Of a stretch of 64,000 bases of DNA, positions 25,624 to 36,710 are shown piece by piece (the first letter of the stretch is position 1; every line of letters starts with the position of its first letter). This DNA is from Eledone cirrhosa (taxonomy: Eukaryota): the NCBI GenBank assembly GCA_964016885.1, contig OZ024745.1, positions 69,006,001 to 69,070,000 on the forward strand, in the 5' to 3' direction. Below the pieces are notes generated by a model. It saw only the letters and a program-made list of their open reading frames with translations, did not search any database and was not told where the DNA came from. A program made the translations under genes and the position numbers.

Positions 25624-25665
<42 letters not shown>
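24386..25665. repeat. About 1.3-kb compound (TA)n/(CA)n microsatellite
   Basis: Direct reading; source of the long YI/CV/HT pseudo-ORFs. Confidence 0.97.
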
Positions 25666-25668
<3 letters not shown>

Positions 25669-25808
25669 GGTTTTTAGGTTCACCACTATATAGAGCTGGT
25701 CTATTCCGTATGGTCAATCGTAATGTAATAATATAGAGAGTACTCAACGTAAAGCAGTTCAACCGTCTTTGTTTTTGTAGTTGGTGGTGCTATTACGGAG
25801 TTAAATAT

Positions 25809-26203
25809 TATAATGAAATGACAGGAGGCTGGACTTGTGTAAATCCTTGAAAGGTTTATTATACTATGATCATTTCAATGACCGGGTTCCGTATGAATCC
25901 TGTGATATCATCAGGTATTCGAAATATAATACGTGAATGTAATAGATAAAATCCATGGGGCTGAAAATCGAGAACCCGTGAGCTTTAGCCACGTCACTCG
26001 ACCGGCTAAGCTGGAGGGTGCAAGATAGCGGTCGCCCTCGGGTCCTCGATTTTCAGCCCCATGGATTTTATCTATTACATTCACGTATTATATTTCGAAT
26101 ACCTGATGATATCACCGGATTCATACGGAACCCGGTCATTGAAATGATCATAGTATAATAAACCTTTCAAGGATTTACACAAATCCAGCCTCCTGTCATT
26201 TTC

Positions 26204-26209
<6 letters not shown>
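25809..26209. mobile_element. Fold-back element: ~170-bp near-perfect inverted arms with ~60-bp GC-richer spacer
   Basis: 25809-25978 is the reverse complement of 26038-26209 with only a few mismatches; TATA termini; right end merges into (TA)n. Confidence 0.9.
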
Positions 26210-26269
<60 letters not shown>

Positions 26270-26492
26270 TATATACACATATATATATACACACACACAT
26301 ATATATATACACACACACATATATATATATACACACACACACATATATATATACACACACACACATATATATATATAAATATATATACACACACACACAC
26401 ATATATATATATACACACACACATATATATATATACACATACGCACACACATATATATATATTCACACACACACGCTCACACACACACACAC

Positions 26493-26539
<47 letters not shown>

Positions 26540-26542
26540 CAC
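26206..26542. repeat. (TA)n/(CA)n microsatellite
   Basis: Direct reading. Confidence 0.95.
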
Positions 26543-29500
26543 AGCCAAAGATAAAGACAAATTCACCTTATGCTGCTGGACGAGAATGCAAGGACTCCTC
26601 CTCTTTATTTAGGCCGCGGACGGCTAACATAGCCCCATCCCCCTCACACCACTCTGCGCCCAGTCCTTTCCACCCACCAAACGCAATCCAAAACTTCAGA
26701 GTTGGTACCATGAATGTAGGTACCTTAAAAGGTCGCTCTAACGAGGATGTAGAGATGCTTGAACGTAAGGAGGTTGATGTTTGCTGTAGTCAAGAGACCA
26801 GTTGGAGGGGTGGGCCTGCTAGATTCATTGCGGGTAAAAAACGATGCTATAAGCTTTTCTGGGTGGGAAATGACACTGGCTGGGTGGAGTAGGAATCATG
26901 CTAGCAGAAAAATGGGTAGATAAGATAATAGACGTAAATAGAGTGAACGACAGAATCATTAAAGTAAGACTTGTCCTCAATTGAACTACTGTGACAATAA
27001 TATCTGCGTATGTACCCCAACCCGGACTGCCTGGCATTATAAAAGACAGATTCTATGAGTCGTTAATGCTCATTACCTCCCAAATAACCGACAGTGACTA
27101 TATAATTATTGCTGGCGACCTAAATGGTCACGTTGGACAACACTGTAACGGCTATGACGGAATCCATGGAGGCTATGGATTTGGTACTAGAAATGAGGAA
27201 GGCTCCAGAATCCTGGAATTCTGTGACACAAATAACCTAACTATCTGTAACACAAACTTCAAAAAACGAGACAATCACTTGATCACCTATAGATCAGGGG
27301 AACACGCCAGTCAGATAGATTATATCCTTACCAGAAGACGAGACAGAGTGTCTGTTGTAAACACTAAATCCCTCCCCCATGAATAATGCACCTCCCAACA
27401 TAGCCTCATAGTTAGCGACCTCATAGTCAGGACGAGACGTATTCGACAACAGAGGAGGACTATCCTTAGGAGAAAAATATGGAAGTTAAAGGACCCCACA
27501 GCCAGTAATAAATTTAAAAGCATATTACTTGATGCTTTTGACAGTAAGGAAGAGCAATTAGAGTCGTACAATATAGAGGAACAGTGGGATTCCTGAAAGC
27601 TAACCTGCTGAAGGCGACATATGAAATCTGTGGCTGGAGCAGACCTATAGGTAGGAGGACAGTAACTTGGTGGTGGAACAGTAAGGTGGAGGAGTCGATC
27701 AAGGCCAAAAAGTAGGCTTGGAAAGTATGGCGGAAGTAGAGAAGACTATCAAGTGGTTAGGAGGGAAGCTAGGAGACAAGTGTACTTCGCAAGAAGGGAA
27801 GAAGAGGAAAGAAAGTTCAAGCATGTTCTACAACGCGAGAACCAAAAACTTGAGGTGTTCAGGATTGCTAGACAATGTGTCAAGGAGAACCGTGATATTG
27901 TCGGGGAGAAGTGTGTCCGTAATGATGATGGTGTACTTGCCATCACTGACGCTGATAAGAAGGTAACTTGGAAGTGTCACTACGAAAGGCTACTAAATGA
28001 GGAGAATAAATGGGAGAAAGACAGCCTCCCTCACATCGATCCAATAGTGGGACCAGCAGTGCAAGTTGAAGGTAGTATAATAAGTAAGGCAATCAAAGAT
28101 ATGAAGACGGGCAAGGGGGCTGTGCCTTCGGAAATAGTTGCTGAAATGCTGAAAGCATCTGGTACGGTGGGACACACTATGGTCACCCGGATAGTAAACC
28201 AAGTTATACAGAATGGGGTCGTACCAAAGGACTGGCGTAGCATCATCATCATTAACTGCTACAAGGGTAAATGAGACGCTCTAGATAGGGGAAACTATAG
28301 AGGCATTAAATTAATTGACCAGGTCATGAAGGTCACAGAAAAAGTAATAGCGCAACTAATCAGAGAGCGAATTGATCTAGATGAAATGCAGTTCGGGTTT
28401 GTTGTCAGGTAAAAGTACCACAGACGCTCTTTTCATTGTACGACAACTATAGGAGAAGTACCTAGCTAAAAGTAAACCCATCTACTTAGCTTTTGTAGAC
28501 CTGGAGAAAGCCTTTGACAGAGTCCCCCGCTCCATTATCTGGTGGGCTCTTAGAAAATTAAGTGTAGATGAATGGCTTGTGAGAGCTATACAAGCCATGT
28601 ATAAAGAAACAGTCAGCAAGGTTAGAATTAACAACGAATATAGTGAAGAGTTTAGCGTAAAGGTTGGTGTTCATCAGGGCTCCGTGCTTAGCCCCCTCCT
28701 ATTTATTATCGCCTTCCAAGCTATAACGAAGGAGTTCAAGACCGGCTGCCCATGGGAACTTCTATACGCAGATGATCTAACGCCCATAGCCGAATCAATG
28801 ACTGAACTAGAGAAGAAATTCCAAACATGGAAGCATGGCCTAGAATCAAAAGGCCTTAGAGACTAAAGTCCTAATATGTAGGAAGGAGAATAGGGCACTG
28901 GTCCCATCTGGGAAATGGCCATGCTCAGTGTGTAAGAAAGGAGTAGGCAGAAACTCCATTTTATGTCCCAAATGCAAAGTATGGGTGCATAAAAGATGTA
29001 GTGGGATCACAGGTAAGCTAACTAAGAATATAGATTTTATATGTGGCCGGTGCTCTGGTGCAATAAGTAGCAGCAAATGCCCACAGAATACTAGCTCATT
29101 CCATTGCCCAGATGGTTCTATAGAAATAGTGGACACCTTCTGTTACCTGGGTGACAAAATCAGCAGTGGTGGAGGGTGCTCCGAAAGTACTGTAGCTAGA
29201 GTCCGAACGGGATGGAAAAAGTTCAGAGAGCTTATACCACTATTGGCCGCTAAATGTTTCTCTCTAAAAATAAAAGGCAGGCTGTATGATGCCTGCATAC
29301 GAACAGCGATGTTACATGGCAGTGAGACATGGGCCTTGTGTGCAGAGGATCTACGCAGACTGGAGAGGAACGAAGCTTGCATGCTCCGTTGGATGTGCAA
29401 TAGTAATATACGCGAACGGCAATGCATAAATGAACTAAGTGAGAAATTGGGAATAAGAGGGATCAGATGCTGTTTACTCGAGAGAGGACTACGTTGGTAT

Positions 29501-29800
29501 GGTCACGTGATGCGCATAAAAGATGACAGCTGTATAAAAAAGTGCAAGACGATCAAAATAGACGGTAGCTACGGAGTAGGCAGACCCAGAAAAACCTGGG
29601 ACGACTTGATAAAATCCGACCTCACACACTTACACCTCTCCAAGACAATGTCACTGGACCGAGATCTTTGGCGCTACGTAATAATACAGAAGACCCGCCT
29701 TGCCTAAGTACAAAGCGAAACCTACAGTTAGTAGGCACCTCTTAGCCAAAATACACCCCCGTCCCACTAACCCTACCCACACCGCCATCTACACCACCTC
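26543..29800 (+). mobile_element. Near full-length RTE-clade LINE (APE endonuclease, RT, PHD-like finger, C-terminus) with several stops and frameshifts
   Basis: FRVGTMNVGTLKGRS..E, QET.W, SAYVPQ, GDLNGHVG, SQIDYIL (APE); NYRGIKL, VDLEKAFD, GVHQGSVLSPLLF, YADD (RT); CSVC..CPKC..WVHKRC..CGRC; FCYLGD, LHGSETW, LRWYGHV, GRPRKTW (RTE C-terminus). Ends in (CA)n. Confidence 0.96.
28928..29707 (+). pseudogene. RTE ORF2 C-terminal part including PHD-like finger
   Basis: 259-aa ORF with the motifs listed for the element. Confidence 0.9.
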
Positions 29801-30561
29801 TTTATACACACACACACACATATACATACACACACATACACACACACACATATATGCACACATACACACACACATACACACACATACACACACACACAGA
29901 CACACACATATATATATACACATGTGTATTGTTGATAGATGTGGTCAAAAGTACTCAATAAACACACAGGCTCTCTATTGTTTAAGTGAGTGCTACTGAG
30001 AAGCAGCTACTGCTGATGTTGCTGCTACTGTTTAGCAATGATATAGTGACATTAGTTAAAACTCAATGATTTCCTTTTGGGTTTACATAGTGTAAAGAGA
30101 AAGGGGAAATTAGCGTAAGGATGAAAGGCAAAGCTAACCTCAGCAGGATTTGAACTCGGAACGTAAAAGGCCGTAACTTTATATAATGTAAATAATAATA
30201 AGATTTATAAGAAAAAGTACGTGTCTGGTAATTGATGTTTGTCAATTTGATGCCATGGTAGAAAAAAAGTTAAGAAGAAAAAGACAAATTAGAGCATTAC
30301 ATTGATTTAGAATATACAATCTATAAATACTGGAATAAAGAAATTGGCAAAGTCATGAGCCTTGGGAACTGTGACGAAGAATTCAAAAGTTACTGTAATT
30401 GGTTTAGTAAGAATTATCTGAAAAGTACTTGATGAAAAACGAGGACAGCTAATAGGAAAAATGACAAGAATGCTTCTGATCTTAAACCATGGTTTATGGT
30501 CAGACTGTAAGAGTATTTAAACCGGACACAGCATTAATGCTGTGTAATATCAATGGTACTA

Positions 30562-31511
30562 ATAATGGTTTCTAATTTTGGCACAAGGCCAGCAATTATC
30601 CCAGTGTATCACTGGTACTTTATTTTATCGACCCCATATGGATGAAAGGCGAAGTTAACCTCGGCGGCATTTGAGGTTAACTTTGCCTTTCATCCATACG
30701 GGGTCGAAATAATGGTTTCTAATTTAGGTATAAGGTCAACAATTTATGTTACGGGGGGGGGGGGGGGGGGAGGTCAATTAAATCGACTGCTGCGCATTAC
30801 TGGTACTTTATTTTATCGACCCCGTAAGGATGAAAGGCAAAGCTAAGGCCAACAATTTAGGTTTGATGGGGAGGGCGGGGGGGGGGTCGATTATATCTAC
30901 CTCGGTACTTTACTTATACTGTATTTTATTGACCAGATGGATGAAAAGCAAAATTGATCTCGGTTGACGGGAATTGGACTCAGAACATAGAAAGTCATAA
31001 CTCTAAATACCATCAACCATTTTGTCCGACGCACTACCGATACGGCCAGCCCACTGCCCTCAGTATTGGTACTAATAATTGTTTCTACTTTTGGCACTAC
31101 TAATAATTGTTTCTACTTTTAGGCACAAGGCCAGCAATTAATCAGTACATTACTGGTACTTTATTTTATCGACCCCGTAAGGATGAAAGGCAAAGTTAAC
31201 CTCGGGGGGATTTGAACTCAGAATGGCACTACTAATAATTGTTTCTACTTTTGGCACAAGGCCAGCAATTACCCAGTGCATTACTGGTACTTTATTTTAT
31301 CGACCCCGTAAGGATGAAAAGCAAAGTCAACCTCGGCGGGATTTGGACTCAGATCGTAAAGGGACGTAACTATGCTTGAAAGCATGGCGTCCGACCCTCT
31401 ACCGATACCGCCAATACTAATAATGATTTATAATTTAGACACAAGGCCAACAATTTAGAGGGGAGGGGAAAGTTGATAATATCGACTCCATTACCTGCCT
31501 GGTACTTTATT
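30562..31511 (-). mobile_element. Cluster of second-family SINE copies, including an inverted (palindromic) pair and tandem duplications
   Basis: At least 7 partial or complete copies of the TACTGGTACTTTATTTTATCGACCCC..GGATGAAAGGCAAAG body. Confidence 0.88.
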
Positions 31512-31772
31512 TTAAGGGGTTCTGTGACGGCCTGTCTACGTAGAATGTATGGATGAGCAGTCCTGCAATAATTGAAGATGTCAAGCAACATAAAAGACCT
31601 GTTTTGATAACAGTTATTGTTTTTACTATTATAAACTTACTGTTAATTAGTAACTACATAAATTAATTTTTGCAAATACTCTAATTAATCCACACCTGTT
31701 TTGTGAGCGTGACCTTTTATAAAGTTTCTCTCTCCATCTACGTACCAATAAATATACATATATATATATAGA

Positions 31773-31957
31773 GCGGTGGATTGGCAGTATCGGTAGAGGG
31801 TCGGACGCCATGCTTTATAGCATAGTTACGTCCCTTTACAGTCTGAGTTCAAATCCCGCCGTGGTTAACTTTGCCTTTCATCCTTACGGGGCCGACAAAA
31901 TAAAGTACCAGTAATGTACTGGGTATTTGCTGGCCTTGTGCCTGAAGTAGAAACAAA
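31773..31957 (+). mobile_element. Second-family SINE, full length
   Basis: Matches 13752-13938. AATAAATATACATATATATATATA occurs on both sides (31748-31770 and 31956-31980), a possible target duplication. Confidence 0.88.
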
Positions 31958-32070
31958 TAAATATACATATATATATATATATGTAAAAGTTCTATTTAAA
32001 TTGTTAGGATACAACAAGCAAATATTTTTATAACTGATATAAAGCACTCAACAAATATTTGGAGTAAAAA

Positions 32071-32421
32071 TACGATATTAACGAATGGAAACTATATTTA
32101 TAAATCCATATTTATTTCATTATACATATTTCAAGGACACCAAGTTAAATTATGGTGTGCTTTCATCAGATAAAATATAATATAGATCAGTTTTATAAAT
32201 AAATATTGACATACCGTTAAAGAATGCAACCATTAGGGATGTTTTTTTTTCAACAGTAATGGTTGCATTCTTTAAGGGTATGTCAATATTTATTTATAAA
32301 ACTGATCTATATTATATTTTATCTGATGACAGCACACCATAATTTAACTTGGTGTCCTTGAAATATGTATAATGAAATAAATATGGTTTTATAAATATAG
32401 TTTCCATTTGTTAATATCATA
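32071..32421. mobile_element. Fold-back element: ~165-bp AT-rich inverted arms with ~20-bp spacer
   Basis: 32071-32236 is the reverse complement of 32257-32421 with few mismatches; ends in (TA)n. Confidence 0.9.
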
Positions 32422-32735
32422 TATATATATATACACACTAGGTCCGAACACAAAGGAACCAAACTCCCACTGTCACTGCCTCCGTTTCTCCCGCTCAACC
32501 TATACCATCACTGATGTTCCCACTACTTACAACAGTAACATATTTTATTGATCAAGTTAATTTTGTTTTGTTGTGTTAACAAGATGTAAACGTTTGGCCG
32601 TATGTTGTACATTGTGTATCGATGTGTTATTACATTGATATATTTTAATTAACGTTTTCACCGAGCACTTGCAAAAAAACGGACAGATATTCCAGTAGTG
32701 ATAAAGTTGTCATCGTTGTTATTGTTGTTGTTAAT

Positions 32736-32771
<36 letters not shown>

Positions 32772-32790
32772 ATATATATATATGTGAAAG

Positions 32791-32817
<27 letters not shown>

Positions 32818-32821
<4 letters not shown>

Positions 32822-33150
32822 ATCAGTCATATGGAACTATTGTCATCTTGCCTGACGGTTTGAACTTTACAACACCACCTACCTCTTTGAGGTCAAATAC
32901 CAACCCTACTAGCATCTACAAACTGACCAATGAGAATTAAGATTATTCCTGCTGACAACATTAAATTATCCCTAACAAGCTCATATGTCCCAAGGCTCTG
33001 AAACCATCAACACCAAAAACACAGAGCTGGCATATCTAAGAACTGACTAACTGCCTGATGAGGTCATAGCCATTCAATAGCTATCATCGAAATATATATA
33101 GCAGTAAATAAAGGATTATGAGGTCATGCAATTGACTTATGTTTCGTCAA
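32818..33150 (+). mobile_element. Short (TA)n-flanked element carrying a hammerhead motif (retrozyme or solo PLE pLTR-like)
   Basis: About 330 bp between two (TA)n tracts; no ORF; hammerhead near the 3' end followed by AATAAA. Confidence 0.65.
33050..33105 (+). ncRNA. Type I hammerhead ribozyme motif
   Basis: ACUGC-CUGAUGA-GGUCAUAGC-loop-GCUAUCAUC-GAAA-UAUAU-AUA^GCAGU. 5-bp stem I, palindromic stem III, intact core. Confidence 0.78.
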
Positions 33151-33170
33151 TATATATATATATATATATA

Positions 33171-33362
33171 TAATTGTTTCTACTTTTGGCACAAGGCCAG
33201 CAATTGTCCCAGTATATTATTGGTACTTTATTTTATAGACTCCGTAAGGATGAAAGGCAAAGTTAACCTCGGCGGGATTTGAACTCAGATCATAAAGGAC
33301 CGTAACTCTTTGCTGCAAAGTATGGCGTCAGACCCTCTACCGATACTGCCAATCCAACACCC
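33171..33362 (-). mobile_element. Second-family SINE, full length
   Basis: Reverse complement of the 13752-13938 type. Confidence 0.88.
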
Positions 33363-33429
33363 TTATATGTAATGTACGCATATCCGACTACGACTCCTAA
33401 CTGAAGGCAGAAGGCGAAGGATCTGAAAC

Positions 33430-33740
33430 ACCCCCCAAAACACGTAGTTAAATGTTATGCTGGATCTCTTCGGTTCCAGTTGCTTTGACCAACAGAACAT
33501 TCTGTGCATGGAATTAATATGCAAGTGGCTGAGCATTCCATTGTCATGTGAAACCATAACGTACTTCTCAGGAAGATTCAGCATAAAACAGTGTATGACA
33601 AAGCTGGTTCAACTCATTTTTCTCCCAGCTGAGTGAACTGGAGCAACATGAAATAGAGTTTCTTGCTCAAGGATATGACGCGGCACTGGTAATTGAACAG
33701 ACAATGAGCCGCACACCTTAACCACTAAGTCACACATCTT
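33430..33740 (-). mobile_element. Older CORE-type SINE
   Basis: AACCACTAAG (A box, reverse), TCTTGCTCAAGG core, ACTGGAGCAAC. Confidence 0.7.
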
Positions 33741-34169
33741 TTGTAAATGCAGCAACTCTGGTACTCCATCAATTCTACTATGAACTGTGGTGAATAAAAG
33801 AGAGAGGACCTGGGATGCAACGAAGAGCTCACAATATTTAAAGGGTCCCTTTAATATAGATAATATATTCAGTTTGACACAAGGACCACGATGACATTTT
33901 CGGTTAGAAACCCTATGCAAGCGAGTTTGGGTAGATGGAAACTGTTTGTAAGTCTATCGCAAGGACTGTACCTGTAATTCAAACATACTAATTACTTTGT
34001 TACCTTTTTTTTTATAACAGATAGATAGAGACGAAGGGATATATAGATAAATGTTTGTATGGACACATAACATGTTGCAGTCGTATGGACGCCGTCGTGA
34101 CATTTTGGACTCTTTAAACCTGGACCAGGTCTGAACATAGCCGATCTCTTCCAGAGAAAGAGAGCGCGA

Positions 34170-34174
34170 GCTAC

Positions 34175-34256
<82 letters not shown>

Positions 34257-34285
34257 AGAAAGAGATATATATATATAGAGAGAGG
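34170..34285. repeat. (GA)n microsatellite
   Basis: Direct reading. Confidence 0.95.
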
Positions 34286-35309
34286 ATCAATCGCAGTACT
34301 AGATTGGTACATACTTTTTATCGACGTAATTTCGAATTAACTCCGAATAAGAACTGATTCGGACCGTAACGATCCGCCCAACCCATACCAGCATTAAAAA
34401 CCGACATAAAATGACGAAGACGATGATGATTTTCAGAAAACAAAAAACAAACATAAAAAAAACGCCCCCCCCCCCAAAAAAAAAAAACAAAACAAAAAAA
34501 AACAAAAAAAAAACAACCCCTTCCCTATAAAAACATGAACAGTATATCTGAGCTGCCCACCGCATACTTGATAGTATAACCGTTGTCAAGTATCTATTTA
34601 TATATCGTTTATATATTTCAATTATTTATTGGGAAACCAGAGTTCCGTCTGTATAAAGAAATTCTCTTGCATATTGATTATATTGAACAAGTAGGTGGTA
34701 GTATTAATAAAGTAAGGGAGATAACTAAGAACTGCTCTACTAAGGGAGGTAACTTAGAAAAATCTAACACTTTTCTATGATGTGAAACATGATAAATTAT
34801 TTAATATAGTTTTGTTGGAGCTGAGTCGCCTCCGACGATGAGTCTTTCAGTTATTTGAAAAACGGAAAAGCCTGTTCGTGAAATTAACGTGCTAGTGCCT
34901 GAGCATTCCACTGACACTCGTACTCCTAATATAATTCTATGGGAGATTCAGCGTGACACATTATTGCTACAACCAATTTTTTTCCCAAGAGAAATGTGAT
35001 ATAAAATATCTAACTCAAGAACTCAAGGCGCCATCGGGAATTTATTTCAGGACCTTACGATCGTGAGCTGAACACCCTATCCATTCGGCTACACACCATA
35101 ACATGGTTCAAATATAACATTACAAAATACCCTAGAGTATCTATAGTTTTCATCCTCTCCGTTCCGAGATCAAATATCTCTAGGGTTAATAATTTAATTA
35201 TAGTTCATATATATTACGGAATGATTCAGTTTTGCATTTGCATAAAAAAAAAGAAAAAATTCTGGCTGTATGCTACAACTACTAATACTATTACTATTAC
35301 TAATTATAA

Positions 35310-35660
35310 TAGTTATTTCTGATTTAGGCACAAGACCAACACTTTTTGGGGAGGGGAAAGTCGATTAAATCGACTCCAGGGCGTTACTGGTACTCTATTT
35401 TATCGACTCCGTAAAGATGAAAGATAAAGCTAACCTCGGCGGTATTTGAACTCAGAACGTAATGGGCCGTAACTGTATGTTACAAAGTATTTGGCCCGAC
35501 GCTCCACCGATACTGTCAATCCACCGCCTTTACTACTACATGTAATAACAACAATGATTTCTTATACAGGCACAAGGCCAGCAATTTTGGGGGAGGGGAA
35601 AGTCGATCAAATCGACCCCAGTGCCTGACTGGTACTTTATTTTATCGACCCCGTAAGGTA
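35310..35660 (-). mobile_element. Second-family SINE (long variant with G-rich insert), one full and one partial copy
   Basis: GGGGAGGGGAAAGTCGA insert; head CCAATCCACCGCC. Same variant at 39189-39390. Confidence 0.85.
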
Positions 35661-36099
35661 AACCTGGCAGAAATGTCTTTGTTAACCACAAACTATTAAC
35701 ATGGAGAAAATATTAAAAATGGCATGGGACTATATAGGCTAATACAGTGTGGGTGTTTTATGTATAAAATATGATACCAAAAACAATAACATGTACAATT
35801 AAAACTAAAGAAAATTCTCCAATAAGGGGGACACTTCGGAGGGTTACTCGTGGAGAAACCCCTAATAAGCCACGGCTACTTTGACCGCTAGGACTAGTGC
35901 CTCCTCCCAGTTATCAACCTCCGATCTAAAGGTGTATACTCAGAGCAGGATTGCTCACCCGGATCCTGATCGCCATTCTCATCCACCCTTCCACAAACTG
36001 GCATGAAGGCAGCAATTCACTCCCCCACCCTAATTTTCCTTATTAAATGAATCTTGAAAATGTTAATCAGGGTCTCGTCGAGGAGGAAAGTGCCTGTCC

Positions 36100-36310
36100 T
36101 CAACTCTTTCATCATTGTCACTACCACCGCTGCTATCGTCTTCATCGTCACCTCCACAACCACTCCTATCATCATTGCCATCATCATCATATCATCGTCA
36201 ACACCATCACAACCATTACCAGCACCACCACTATTATCGCCGTGGTCATCATCCCCACCATCACTAACATCATCATCATCATCGTTATTATCGCCATCGT
36301 AACTGCCATG
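36100..36310. repeat. Degenerate (CAT/CAC)n trinucleotide low-complexity tract
   Basis: Direct reading; explains the poly-H/I/S pseudo-ORFs. Confidence 0.85.
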
Positions 36311-36526
36311 CAATGAAATAGAACCTGGGACATAATGATTTCGAAGCTAACTTATTATTCCACCATCTGCGCTGTGTGCAGAGAAGATAATAGCCAAAGG
36401 AAACAAATCAACACATATTTCCGATAAATAAACGTGTTTAGTGTCTTACGTATTTATTTATAAAACACAGAATTATTTTATATACGCAGCCAATCGCTCG
36501 GATTTTACGAAGGGCTGAGGCGATAA

Positions 36527-36710
36527 ATTTAGTATTAAAAAAATGGTGTGCTCATGCACGGAGAAGCTATAAAATAAATTATAAAATAGTGTGAAGGACC
36601 TTAAAGATTGGAAAAAGAAGTTGCCTAAGTTTTCCGTTTTTAAAGGACTTCACTCTAGAAGCTATTTAATAGCATCTCCGCACAGGAGCACACCATTTTT
36701 TGTATTAAAT
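36527..36710. repeat. Decayed fold-back element (~50-bp outer arms)
   Basis: AAAAAATGGTGTGCTCATGCACGGAGAAGCTAT ... ATAGCATCTCCGCACAGGAGCACACCATTTTTT. Confidence 0.75.

Noticed and set aside
24304-25762. Long ORFs (up to 443 aa) of YI/CV/HT dipeptides in several frames
   Set aside because: Translations of a (TA)/(CA) microsatellite that lacks stop codons; the same applies to 26081-26520, 48827-49648, 4193-4557 and 60471-60822.
36017-36316. Poly-His/Asp ORFs (also 41076-41417 and 10582-10822)
   Set aside because: Degenerate (CAT/GAT)n trinucleotide tracts with no domain content.
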